From Candidatus Latescibacterota bacterium (GTDB taxonomy: Bacteria > Latescibacterota > UBA2968 > GCA-2709665): a stretch of 64,000 bases of DNA. The DNA is taken from assembly GCA_963662665.2 (NCBI GenBank), contig CAXXJS010000028.1, positions 128,001 through 192,000 on the forward strand. Reading direction: 5' to 3'. Below, piece by piece: positions 38,484-48,584 of this stretch. The notes below the pieces were generated by a model. The model ran no database searches, was not told where the DNA came from, and worked only from the letters and a program-made list of their open reading frames with translations. The position numbers and the translations under genes are program-made. Numbering within the stretch: position 1 is the first letter of the stretch; each line of letters opens with the position of its first letter.

Positions 38484-40250
38484 CGTACATCGTTTGCCAA
38501 AGTGGCTGAATCTCTTGGGAAATATGGCGATGCATTTGCCGGTATGGGATGGATTCCGTTTGTCGGTACCTGGTTTGAGCGAATACGCGTATTGGCGAAG
38601 ATTACACACAAGATCAGCGAAACTCAGAAAGATGGAGTTCACGCGAGGCGAAGGAGACTCAAAAACCTCCTTAAGAAAGTCGACAAACCCATTTTGGTGG
38701 TACTTGACGACATTGACCGACTTTCGTCTCCTGAAATCCGAGACATATTCAAATTGGTACGGCTAACGGCCAACTTCCCCAATATTATCTATATTTTGGC
38801 ATTTGACCGAACCCGAGTCGAAAACGCGCTTAGCGAAAATGGAATAAGCGGTCGCGCCTACCTGGAAAAAATCCTTCAGGTTGCATATGATTTGCCTGAA
38901 GTACCCGGTAATATACTCATAGAACAGATATCCTGCGCCTTGCAAGACGCTATCGGAAACATCGAGAACGTCAGCCAGGTCGATGAGCAAGTTTGGCCAG
39001 ATGTCTTCATGGATATCATTCGCCCACTCATTCGGAACATGCGAGATGTACGGCGATACGTCGCAACCGTTCACGGCACCGTAAAATCCCTCAACGGGAA
39101 AATTGCGCTTGCCGACCTCTTGGCGCTCGAAGCAATTCGCATTTTCGTTCCAGATGTATTTAGGCTTTTGCACGGTGCCATTGAAGGTCTGACCGGATCC
39201 CAAGAGATCGACTCTCAAACTCCCAAACCTAAATCTTATTTACAGCGGCAAGTCGACGATCTGACTGAAGCAGCGGGTGATCACAGAAATGTAGTCGAGA
39301 ACATGATTGCAAGAATCTTTCCGGCTGCCGGGGATTATGACTCGGGCGATGACCACCGAGCAGAATTGAGGAACGGGTGGCTTAGGAATCGACTCGTCGC
39401 TCATGCGGACATTCTGCGGTTTTACCTGGAACGACTAGAAAGTGACAATCTGCAAGCCTTTGAAAAAGCAGAGGGGCTATGGAAACACATGGCTGATCGC
39501 GAAGCCTTCGATAAATGTCTGCGTTCTCTCCATCCGAAACAACAGCAAGGCGTCGTTGCATCATTCGAGCTGTACGAGGATCAATTCCTACCAGAGTATG
39601 TAGTACCGGGTACGATCGTATTGCTCAACCTCTTGCCGCTTCCCGAACGAGATAATAGTGTGTTTGGTTTTTCTCCGACAATTACTATCACCCGTGTCGT
39701 ACTTCGCCTCCTAAAGTGCCTCGATGACTCAGCTTCGATCGAAAATGCGGTTCGCCTGATTCTACCAGAATTGAGATCGCTGTCTTCGAAACTAGAACTT
39801 ATCAGCATGGTTGGATACCAGGATGGAGTGGGTCATAAGCTGGTAATAGAAAAAACGGCATTGGAATTTGAGAAGGCTTGGCGTGAGGAAGTCAGATCAT
39901 CGTCAGTTGCAGATCTCGCGACTGAGCACAATCTCTTGGGCGTGCTTCTTCGTACGACACGCGCCGCAGGTCCGACGGAATGCCCGCTCAATATCGAGAA
40001 CTCTCCAGAAATGACGTTGGCCGTACTCAGGGCTGCTAAAGATGAGATCATTGGCCAATATCTCGGAAGTAGGGCGATCCAACGCAAACCGCGATTACAT
40101 TGGAAAGGTCTCATTGAACTGTACGGCGATGAGACGACGATAAAGGAGCGGGTTCAAAGTTTGAAGATCGCGAATCTCGAAGGTTCACGTGATCTTATCG
40201 CACTTGCTGAGAAATATCTAGGCGGATATCGAGATGAAGGATCACGTTAG
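38484..40250 (+). pseudogene. KAP-family P-loop NTPase, 3' part
   Basis: LVVLDDIDRL Walker B, YLEKILQ, RNMRDVRR; joins in frame with the 5' part once the IS and one AGCAG are removed. Confidence 0.9.
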
Positions 40251-40547
40251 TTACCATATGTAAAATGGTTACGATGTGACCAAGATAACTTTCGTCGAAC
40301 AGGCAAACCACAAAAGCCCACACCGTGAATGGCGCGGGCTTTTTTTCGTGAGTGGAAACAGCGGTATTGGTTTTCGTTCAAACTCCGTTTGTGAATATTT
40401 AATGGTAATCGGTAAAGAGTCTGGCTCACGCAAGTCCGCACGACTCCTGGGCATCGACCAAATATAGGATACTGTTATCGGAATGTTCGGGAAACGCATG
40501 ATGTATAAAAACGTGATTACATAGCGTGTCTCTCACTTACATCAACT

Positions 40548-41057
40548 TCAACGAGTACGCCTTGCCCTTCCGTTGCGCCGAATTGCGTCCGCGATAGGGC
40601 CAAGCCGAGACGGCCCCGAAAACATCCCCTCTTCAATAATTCTTCGGATTTCTCCGGGTTCCATCGATGCGATATATTTAAAAACTCTCGGAATGGAACT
40701 TGCTCTAGACTTGGACACAGGTGTGTCAATGCCATAGACCTGGCAAAAATTATCAATATCGCCAAATGTTGGCAGGAAATCTTTCCTTTCGAATTTTGTT
40801 GCAAGTTCAATTGTTACTTCCTCTTTGTCCTTATCAAGTTTCATTTTCTCAACATACTCAGGCGCACTTACCTTTGGCTTCTTTCTGGCAGGTCTTGTCA
40901 AACCGGCGCTTCGAGCCGGCGTTTCCCTACTTTTCGGACTCTTGACATGCAGCTCAGAATTGCGGATTTCCCGTAATGACCTTCCAACTTGCTCGAATCC
41001 AAACTGAAGAACCAACCCACGCAGCGTCTCTTTGAGATTAGAATTAGCATTGGTCAT
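40548..41057 (-). CDS. Hypothetical basic protein downstream of ParA
   Basis: 169 aa from ATG 41057 (GGGGG RBS), 20 bp after the parA stop; no recognised domain. Confidence 0.7.
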   Translation of the reverse strand: MTNANSNLKETLRGLVLQFGFEQVGRSLREIRNSELHVKSPKSRETPARSAGLTRPARKKPKVSAPEYVEKMKLDKDKEEVTIELATKFERKDFLPTFGDIDNFCQVYGIDTPVSKSRASSIPRVFKYIASMEPGEIRRIIEEGMFSGPSRLGPIADAIRRNGRARRTR

Positions 41058-41077
41058 AGCAATCGACCCCCTGGGAC

Positions 41078-41929
41078 CTACTCGATCCCTAAAGCTTGGA
41101 AGAATTCCTCTGCAAAAAAACGGAATTGATGAGCGTCCCCTACGTGAGAAAAATTCCCACGCATCATCTTCGGAAAGCCACGGGAAAGCGGAATCTCGTT
41201 CTCGAAAATACGCCATCCACTGTTGTCAACTTCTTCACGTATTTCTTCCATCGCTGTCCATTTTTCAGGACCACCCTCGTTTCCACTGTAGTGATAGGAT
41301 GAGTTGTTGATGACAACTCCAATCACATCAATCTGATGGCCTCGGTTGTTACGCCCGAACGCTTCAAGGGAGTCGTTTAACAACGGAAATCCAATTGTCG
41401 CAAAATACTCGGGCTTGACGGGAACGAGTACGTGGCGTGATGCATGGTATGCGGCTCGGGTGAATATTGATTCTGTCGGAGCGCAGTCTATAATGATAAG
41501 GTCTTTTTCCTGAAAATACTCTGCGATACACCGAGCGAGGACGGTTTCATCAGGCTTAAGTGAATTTATCAAATTGTCGGAAAAATCAAATCTGGATGGA
41601 ATGACCCGAACATTTCGACCCCCTAAACGAGACGTGTCTAAGGCTATGCTTTCAACATCGAGTGAACCCGGTGATCCAGTATTAGCGCTTGGAGGTTGGT
41701 ACCCTCTGAATATTTCGACAATTGAAGGGGACTGGTTGTTCAGAAATTGTTTATATCGCGTGTCTCCCATGAGTGCTTGAGAAAGGTTGGCCTGTGGATC
41801 GAGGTCAATAGCGAGGACGTCAAGATTCGACGGAGCATAGTGACACAGCAATGCCGCAATTGTCGTTTTTCCAACCCCGCCTTTCATATTGATCACCGAA
41901 ACACTAACGGGTCCATTTACCGAATTCAT
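41078..41929 (-). CDS. ParA/Soj-family ATPase
   Basis: Deviant Walker A NMKGGVGKTT, DLDPQANLS, IDCAP, LVPVKP. Confidence 0.92.
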   Translation of the reverse strand: MNSVNGPVSVSVINMKGGVGKTTIAALLCHYAPSNLDVLAIDLDPQANLSQALMGDTRYKQFLNNQSPSIVEIFRGYQPPSANTGSPGSLDVESIALDTSRLGGRNVRVIPSRFDFSDNLINSLKPDETVLARCIAEYFQEKDLIIIDCAPTESIFTRAAYHASRHVLVPVKPEYFATIGFPLLNDSLEAFGRNNRGHQIDVIGVVINNSSYHYSGNEGGPEKWTAMEEIREEVDNSGWRIFENEIPLSRGFPKMMRGNFSHVGDAHQFRFFAEEFFQALGIE

Positions 41930-42475
41930 TACGATTTTCCCCTTACTGGATTGATAGAAGCCCGACCCTTATAGTATAGACGACCGTACTGGTTCCGTAT
42001 TTCCCCCGATCCCGAAGTACACAGACTGCGGCCCGGCTAGGTTTGGTTCCCGGCACGGCGCGAAAGGGTCGCTGTGCTCTTTTGAAAACCCAAAGGTCAA
42101 GCACTTATGCGAGAGGACACTTGACGGCAGATATTGGAAACAGCGCGAAGACTTCCGATGTGGAAACGGGAAGTTATTTATTATATCTACTCAGAATGAA
42201 TACGCAGTGCAAGTGCTTTATTGGAGCAGGTGCGGTTTTTACAGGGTGTTTGTATTCAACAGCCGGTACTTTTCAGCGCCCCCGGATAGACAAAATAAAA
42301 AGAGCGTCAGTGCGTTACCTGCGTTGAGCCTGTCGAAAGGCCCGCGCCTTCGCTACCTTCGCCGGCCCTTCGACAAGCTCAGGGGACCGGCTCGGGGCGG
42401 GGCTAAACTACGTACGATGCCTGCGCTGAGCCTGCCGAAGTGAGCTTGTCGATCCGTTGAAAAATCATGTCTGAA

Positions 42476-42636
42476 GGTGGGGCGGACATTCCTGTCTGCC
42501 CGGCACAGGTGATCCTGCAGATGGCGCCGTCCAATTTCCAGTGGGGGAGACGGCGGCGAGTCGTGGTTTGCACGGTTTTTGGATTGTGAGGACTCGGGTT
42601 TATGAAAGTGCGCAGACAGGAATGTCCGCTCCACCC
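42476..42636 (-). pseudogene. REP-flanked remnant of REP-associated tyrosine transposase (RAYT)
   Basis: Reads ..RRRLPHWKLDGAI..IT between inverted GCGGACATTCCTGTCTGC REPs. Confidence 0.6.
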
Positions 42637-42678
42637 ATTAATATCTTCGTTTGTACTTGCGTCTTTACCTCTTGATGA

Positions 42679-42715
42679 TAAAAAACCCCGCGCTGAAACT
42701 GGCACGGAGTTTTTG
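42679..42715. terminator. Bidirectional terminator-like hairpin downstream of btuC
   Basis: AAAAAACCCCGCGCTG..TGGCACGGAGTTTTT. Confidence 0.55.
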
Positions 42716-43087
42716 TGTGTACTGTAACTGCGCCTGACGAGACATCCCCGGCAATTGGAGTCTTGCACCAAGATTATTACCCCGGTTGCGCTCATGTCTT
42801 AAACAAGCTGCTTGCCTGCGATTGGGGGTTGAAACCCCCCACCACCGTCGTCGGCCCTTCGACAAGCTCAGGGAACCGGCTCGGCTTCTGCGACTCCCCC
42901 TCAAGGGGGGAGTGATTGGGCTCTATCAGGTACCACAAACTGCCAGTTTGTGGTACGGTCGGTGGGCCGCTGCCATAAATAGGCGGATCTTTGCGGCTTT
43001 CATCCTGCCCATCCTACCTGCCTGTGCGTGAGGCACGCACGCAGACGGGTCCATCCATGTAAATCTTTGCCTATGGAGTTCATTTCG

Positions 43088-44155
43088 CTAGATCGTCTTG
43101 CTCAGGTTTCTGCGGTGCAGGATGAACCAGATGACCACGGGGGCGCCGATGAGGGAGGTCACGGCATTCAGCGGGAGAACGTACTGACTCCCCGGCAGAT
43201 GGGCGAACAGATCGGATAGCAGCGCGAGGGTTGCGCCGAGGCAGATGACGGCGGGCATGAGCACGCGGTGGTCCGACGTGTGCAGGAGACTGCGGCAGAG
43301 GTGCGGCACGGCCAGGCCGAGGAACGCGATGGGCCCGCAGAAGGCGGTGGTGGCGCCCGCGAGAACGGACGCACTGACCAGAATCCACAGGCGGGCGCGT
43401 TTTACGTTGAGCCCCATGCTTCTCGCGTAATTCTCTCCCAGCAGGAGTGCATTGAGAGGCTTGATGCACAGCAAAGCCAGCAGGAGGCCGAACAGAGTTG
43501 TGCAGACGAGCACCGGTATCTGGCGCCACGTCACGCTGCCGAAACTGCCAAACGTCCACAGGATGTACGATTGAATCTGTTCCGGAACGCTGAAGTAAAT
43601 CAAAATGCTGACGAACGCCGCGGTCGCGTATCCGAACATCAGGCCCAGTATGAGAAGCGTCATCACGCTGCTTACGCTGCGCGAAACCAGCAGCACGCAC
43701 CCCAGCACCGCGGCGGCGCCCAGGATTGCCGCAACAGCCAGGCCGAGGTCGCCCAGAAAGCCCAGTCCGGCGATCAACGCGCTACCGGCCGCGCCAGCCG
43801 TCAACACCACGATGGCCACGCCGAGACTGGCGCCGGCGCTGATGCCGAGCACGAACGGATCGGCGAGCGGATTGCGGAACAACGTCTGCATCTGCAGGCC
43901 GCTGACAGCCAGCGCGGCGCCGGCCAGCACCCCCGTGATCGCCCGAGGCAGTCGGATGGTGTGAATGATGATGGCCCAGGCGGGAGAACTCGTCTCCCTT
44001 CCAAGGACAACGTCAAACAGTCCGGCCAGCGGAATGCGGACCGATCCGAGCGAAAGGCTCAGACCGAACGAGATCAAAAGCAGCAGAAAGAGCCCCGGCA
44101 CGAGGATCCTGCGCCGCGGTCCTTCCCTTACGTCGTCTCCCGGTTCCGACCTCAT
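43088..44155 (-). CDS. btuC: Cobalamin/iron ABC transporter permease (FecCD/BtuC)
   Basis: IRLPRA, FRNPLADPFVLGISAGA, GENYARSMG, GPIAFLGLAVPH; ATGA overlap with the ATPase. Confidence 0.88.
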   Translation of the reverse strand: MRSEPGDDVREGPRRRILVPGLFLLLLISFGLSLSLGSVRIPLAGLFDVVLGRETSSPAWAIIIHTIRLPRAITGVLAGAALAVSGLQMQTLFRNPLADPFVLGISAGASLGVAIVVLTAGAAGSALIAGLGFLGDLGLAVAAILGAAAVLGCVLLVSRSVSSVMTLLILGLMFGYATAAFVSILIYFSVPEQIQSYILWTFGSFGSVTWRQIPVLVCTTLFGLLLALLCIKPLNALLLGENYARSMGLNVKRARLWILVSASVLAGATTAFCGPIAFLGLAVPHLCRSLLHTSDHRVLMPAVICLGATLALLSDLFAHLPGSQYVLPLNAVTSLIGAPVVIWFILHRRNLSKTI

Positions 44156-45198
44156 CCCGTTTTTCCCGACTCCTGAAGAGCTTCTATTCCATATTCGCAT
44201 TTGATCGCCGTGATCAAGTCGTATATGGAATAGAATTCCATTGTCGTTTCGTCACGTTTGAAACGCCAGGTGACGGTCTCGCCGTCCAGGACGTCGATGC
44301 TGCGCCCGGATGCCGCGTCACGCACCTGAAATCCCGCCCTCTCGAGCGCCCGCCTTGTCCAATACGCGTGCCGCCCCTTTCCATTGACTTCGACCGTGGC
44401 CTGGCCGCGCTCCGCGGAAAGCCTGAACGCGCCCGAATCGGCGTCAAAACGCACGCCATCGCTCCCGAACGCTTCTTCAAAAGCACCATTGAGGACGAGG
44501 TCCTCCGGCGCGCCGGTCTGCAATGCGCCGTCTGACGGCAGGAGATAAATGCGGTCCGCGCATCGAAGGGCGAGATCCAGATCGTGCGTGGAGAGGAGGA
44601 TGGTTTTCCGGGTCGTATGTGCGAGATTTCGCAATAAAGCCATGATTTCCACGCGGCGGGGCAGATCCAGAAAGGCCGTGGGTTCATCCAGGATCATCAG
44701 GCCCGGCTGCTGCGCCAGCGCGCGCGCGATCATCACCTTCTGGCGCTCGCCGTCGCTGAGTTCGGATACGTTGCGGTGTTCCAGGTCCTCTGCCCCCGCC
44801 GCCCTGACTGCCCAGTTAACGGCCTGTTCGTCTTCGGGGGCGAAGCGTCCTATCCAATCGGTATGAGGATATCGTCCCAGGCCGACCAGATCGCGCACCG
44901 TCATGGTCCCTGCGCTGACGCGGTCGGTAAGCACAACGCTGAGGAGTTGGGCGACTTCCGTCGCGGACATCTCCGCGATGTCTCTTCCGGTGATTTGCAC
45001 GTGTCCGTCCAGCGGTGGCTGCATCCCGGCAAGCGTGCGTATGAGCGTGGATTTCCCCGCGCCGTTGGGACCCAGCAGACAGACGAATTCACCGCGATCG
45101 AGCGCCACGTCGATATCGCTGGCTACAATGCGTGGCGGCCGACGGCCGCTCTTGTATCCGATGGTGAGGTCACGCGCCGTTAGAATCGCCGCAGTCAC
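44152..45198 (-). CDS. btuD: Cobalamin/iron ABC transporter ATP-binding protein
   Basis: GPNGAGKST, LSDGERQK, ILDEPT, STHDLDLA. Confidence 0.88.
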   Translation of the reverse strand: MTAAILTARDLTIGYKSGRRPPRIVASDIDVALDRGEFVCLLGPNGAGKSTLIRTLAGMQPPLDGHVQITGRDIAEMSATEVAQLLSVVLTDRVSAGTMTVRDLVGLGRYPHTDWIGRFAPEDEQAVNWAVRAAGAEDLEHRNVSELSDGERQKVMIARALAQQPGLMILDEPTAFLDLPRRVEIMALLRNLAHTTRKTILLSTHDLDLALRCADRIYLLPSDGALQTGAPEDLVLNGAFEEAFGSDGVRFDADSGAFRLSAERGQATVEVNGKGRHAYWTRRALERAGFQVRDAASGRSIDVLDGETVTWRFKRDETTMEFYSIYDLITAIKCEYGIEALQESGKTG

Positions 45199-45223
45199 CG
45201 CGCCTCCGAGAAAATCAAGCGCC

Positions 45224-45475
45224 TTACTTCAAGAGCCGAAGCCGCTCGAGATCGTCCTCTCCCCACTGAGCCTGACGCTCTACGATTGGCTTCAGGGTGC
45301 CCACCGCAAAGGTCTGGTTCATGTTGTACAGGTGGACGGTTGTCATTCTCCCGTCCGCTTGCACAAAAAAACGGGTCACGCCCTTCCTTCTGTATTCGCG
45401 AAACCCGTCTCTGTTTAAGGCCCGAATCAACCTGCGTGCCTTCAGTGAACGAAGCATGCTATAATCAATAGCCAC
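45224..45475 (-). CDS. hicA: HicA-family protein lacking the catalytic His
   Basis: LIRAL..DGF...RKG, DGRMTTV, GTL..I; GSH motif reads GVT. Confidence 0.75.
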   Translation of the reverse strand: MAIDYSMLRSLKARRLIRALNRDGFREYRRKGVTRFFVQADGRMTTVHLYNMNQTFAVGTLKPIVERQAQWGEDDLERLRLLK

Positions 45476-45476
45476 A

Positions 45477-45746
45477 TCAGATAGCTACGGAGACCATTGG
45501 TACATCGCGGACGTCAATCTGTGAAGATGGCTCGGAGGGGATCTCTTCTCCATTCTCCAGCAGGCACGCAACGAGAAGATCAACAGCGTTTTTTAGATTC
45601 TCCAGGGCCCCTTTCTCAGTATTTCCCCAACTCGCAGCCCCCCTATGCTCCAGCGCAGGAATATAAGCTCGCCAAACGGCCTTTGAATCCGGCTCATCGG
45701 GCCATTTGTCTTTCTCCAGGACTGCCTTGAACAGATACGTTTTCAT
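45477..45746 (-). CDS. hicB: Short HicB-family antitoxin (no DNA-binding domain)
   Basis: AYIPAL..GAASWGNTEKGALENLKNAV...GEEIP; GAGGAG RBS. Confidence 0.85.
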   Translation of the reverse strand: MKTYLFKAVLEKDKWPDEPDSKAVWRAYIPALEHRGAASWGNTEKGALENLKNAVDLLVACLLENGEEIPSEPSSQIDVRDVPMVSVAI

Positions 45747-45947
45747 ATTCTCCTCAGAACGGATGTTATCACGAGCCGGACTTGAGACAGACGATTTTAT
45801 CACCGTTTTCATGTCATTTGGTTACCAACGGCGAACGACGACTATCGAATAATTCCGCCGATCTTGTTTGTTGGCAGCAGAACCGTTTGCGAAAAAATAG
45901 CGGACTGACTCTTGAAAGTCAAAGAACGGCAAGTCTTCGCGCGGCCG

Positions 45948-47534
45948 TTACTTTGCCAGTACCATCTTGCGCGTGACCACGTCTCTCCCTGCCTGGAGCC
46001 GGTACAGGTACAAACCCGTACTCACCTGGCGCCCGGCCGCGTCGCGCCCATCCCACGCGACCGTATAGTTTCCCTCTGGCTGGAACTGTCGAACCAGCAA
46101 CCGGACCTCTTGGCCCAATACGTTGTAGATTGCAAGTTTCACGTTCACCGCCTTGTCCAGCGAATAGCGTATGGAAGTGGCGGGGTTGAACGGATTCGGA
46201 CGGTTCGGACCCAGCGAAGCCGCCACCGGCCTGACTGCGCGCACGTCGCCATTCAGATTGACTTCGTAAGTTACTGTTCTGCCGGGCATCAGAGGAATGC
46301 TGCTCCAGCTTGCAACGGTCTTACCGTTTGACGTACGTACGCGCGCCCGGTACATGCCGTTTACACGACGGCGCGCATCCGCAGTCACTCGCACGACGGC
46401 GCGTCCCGTCTCATCAGTCGTCTTTCGCCACGCAAAATCAGGCGCGCGGCCGGATATCGAACGCGAGACCTCCACGGTCAGACCGCTAACGTCGCCATCG
46501 CCCACGACCTGTACTTCCATCTCGGAGACCTCTTCGAAAGCCGTATCGTCCTCCAGATATATGCCGGCGCCCACGATAAACGTCTGTCCGAAGACGTTGA
46601 TCGGGATCACGTAGCTCAGCTTGGGCGACTGGGTGTCCTCATCTCCGACGACCGCAGGATTGTCCCAGTAATATTTAATGAATCCGCCGCCCGCTACGCC
46701 TGTCTCGATGATCTCCTGGACAATCCTCACCCCGTTGACATCTTCGACGTCGATCAGATTTTCCCCATATTGACTGGGGTCTGCGGTGCCGTGAAAGATC
46801 AGTACACCTGAGGTGCTCACGACAAAGATGTAAATCGAGCCATGTTTGAAATCCTCGCCCTCGGTCCTGATCGCGGCCTGAACGGTTGCCAGGTAGGGAT
46901 AACCTTTTTCCTCAATTATCGGCACGAGGACCCTCAGGCCCTCGACAAAAGCTTTGAGGGACTCCCTGTCCTTCACGTCGCGGGCCGTTACTTCCAGCAA
47001 GTCAAAGATGTTCGGCTCGGCTTCGACGTCTGACAAATCCATATGGAAGCCGCCAACAAGGATGAAGTCCTCCCCGCGAATGGCAACGGGAACCGCGTAG
47101 GCGAGTTTGGATGAATCGTCGTCCTCAACGGCTGGATCGTCCCAATAGTACTCGACGAATCCTCCGTCATCGTCAGCCGCGGCGAGCATATCCGGGACAA
47201 TCTTCGTACCCCTGTCATCCTCGAGATCGAGAATATTCTTGTCCTCAAACTTCACGTCGGCCGCGTGAAACTGCACGAGTCCCTCAGCGGTCAGAATGAC
47301 GAGATAGACCGTGCCGGCTTTCCAGTCATTCTCGGTCCTGAATGCCTCCACCAGTCGACCCACGGCGGCGAAGTCAGCGGCGTTATCAAGGGAGTCCCTG
47401 GCCGATTCCACAAAGGCCTTCAGGGTTTCCCGGTCCATCACGTCACCTGCCGTCGTCCTGTTGTCCTGTGCAGCCGCAGGATTTGGAGAAAAACAGATAC
47501 CCGCCAGACTCAAAATGACAAGCAGAGATCTCAT
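45948..47534 (-). CDS. Secreted protein with two single-Cache domains and a C-terminal FlgD-Ig/T9SS-like sorting domain
   Basis: Signal peptide; two copies of Y......G...FH...N..D.ED..G..IV...GGF..YYWD.P...KL.Y; C-terminal NRPNPFNPATSIRY..IYNVLGQEVR..WDGRD..G.YLYRL. Confidence 0.82.
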   Translation of the reverse strand: MRSLLVILSLAGICFSPNPAAAQDNRTTAGDVMDRETLKAFVESARDSLDNAADFAAVGRLVEAFRTENDWKAGTVYLVILTAEGLVQFHAADVKFEDKNILDLEDDRGTKIVPDMLAAADDDGGFVEYYWDDPAVEDDDSSKLAYAVPVAIRGEDFILVGGFHMDLSDVEAEPNIFDLLEVTARDVKDRESLKAFVEGLRVLVPIIEEKGYPYLATVQAAIRTEGEDFKHGSIYIFVVSTSGVLIFHGTADPSQYGENLIDVEDVNGVRIVQEIIETGVAGGGFIKYYWDNPAVVGDEDTQSPKLSYVIPINVFGQTFIVGAGIYLEDDTAFEEVSEMEVQVVGDGDVSGLTVEVSRSISGRAPDFAWRKTTDETGRAVVRVTADARRRVNGMYRARVRTSNGKTVASWSSIPLMPGRTVTYEVNLNGDVRAVRPVAASLGPNRPNPFNPATSIRYSLDKAVNVKLAIYNVLGQEVRLLVRQFQPEGNYTVAWDGRDAAGRQVSTGLYLYRLQAGRDVVTRKMVLAK

Positions 47535-47603
47535 AATCGCCCTTTCCGGTTAACGGGTTTATTGGTTCACTCAAGCACGGCAGATCAAGATAGTGGCGGG
47601 ACA

Positions 47604-48584
47604 TCAGAAAGTCAACCCGGGCGGGCACAAAACGAACATACAGGCCGCCGCCGCGCATGTCGCCAACAGACAGGTAGCAATGACAAACCGGCACATGCGG
47701 CGCATGTCTCCGGGCTGTCCGCCTTCCGGGTCGGACCCGTCGCCCAGCCAGAGGTCTGTAATCTTCTCTCCATCCTGCCAGATGGGACCTGCCAGACGCC
47801 GCTGCACCGCGCCGGCGGCCGTCGCTTCGCTCCAGCCGGAGTTCGGCCCGGGAACGAGCGCGTGCTGCCGCCATCCGGCAAGCAGCGCCTTGCGGGTGGA
47901 ACATCCCGGCAGGAAAAAGGCGACAAACGCCATCAGCAGATAAGTCAATCGTGCCGGGACATAGTTAAGTACATCGTCCAGCCGGGCGCCGCACCAGCCG
48001 AAGTGTCGGTATCGCGGTGTCATGAAGCCCACCATTGAATCCATGGTGCTGACCACCTTGAAGAATACGATCCCCGGCAGTCCAAGAACCGCGTACCAGA
48101 AGACGGGCGAAACAAACCCGTCCACCGCATTCTCGCTCAAACTCTCCATACCCGCACGCCGGCAGGCCGCGGCATCCATCGTGTCGGTATCGCGCCCGAC
48201 AAGCATCGAGACCGCCCTTCGCGCGCCGTCCGGATCGGCGGCCCGATCAATGGCCAACCCGTGCCTGCACAAGTCCTTAAGCGCGATCATACTAAATATA
48301 ATATATGCCTGAAATATCCATCCGACCTCATATTGCACGCGGCTCAACACCATCGTCAGGCCACAGAGAACGCCCAGCCAGAACGTGGAGAGCAGCAGCA
48401 ACAGAATACACCCGCCCACGCGACCGTCCAGGCGAAGTCGACGCAGCATCCGCTCAATGAGGGACAGTGTCGCGCCAATCAGACGAATCGGGTGCCATGC
48501 ATAAACCGGGTCGCCGAACAGACCATCCAGAACCACCGCGAAAAGGATAAGAAAAGGGTCCGGCGCAAACAGGGTCAGGTCCAT
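47604..48584 (-). CDS. cbiB: Adenosylcobinamide-phosphate synthase
   Basis: GDP...HPI, LVGRDT, ESLSENAVDG, TMDSMVG, ARLDDVLNYVPAR, PNSGWSEA. Confidence 0.94.
   Translation of the reverse strand: MDLTLFAPDPFLILFAVVLDGLFGDPVYAWHPIRLIGATLSLIERMLRRLRLDGRVGGCILLLLLSTFWLGVLCGLTMVLSRVQYEVGWIFQAYIIFSMIALKDLCRHGLAIDRAADPDGARRAVSMLVGRDTDTMDAAACRRAGMESLSENAVDGFVSPVFWYAVLGLPGIVFFKVVSTMDSMVGFMTPRYRHFGWCGARLDDVLNYVPARLTYLLMAFVAFFLPGCSTRKALLAGWRQHALVPGPNSGWSEATAAGAVQRRLAGPIWQDGEKITDLWLGDGSDPEGGQPGDMRRMCRFVIATCLLATCAAAACMFVLCPPGLTF

Larger units (their letters stand above)
42320..42920. repeat. REP/MITE patch
   Basis: CCCTTCGACAAGCTCAGGG-type palindromes (about 42366, 42855) and ACTCCCCCTCAAGGGGGGAGT. Confidence 0.75.

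Noticed and set aside
41078-41929. Chromosomal parAB/origin region or plasmid replicon
   Set aside because: No parB, parS palindrome, rep or dnaA-region genes nearby.
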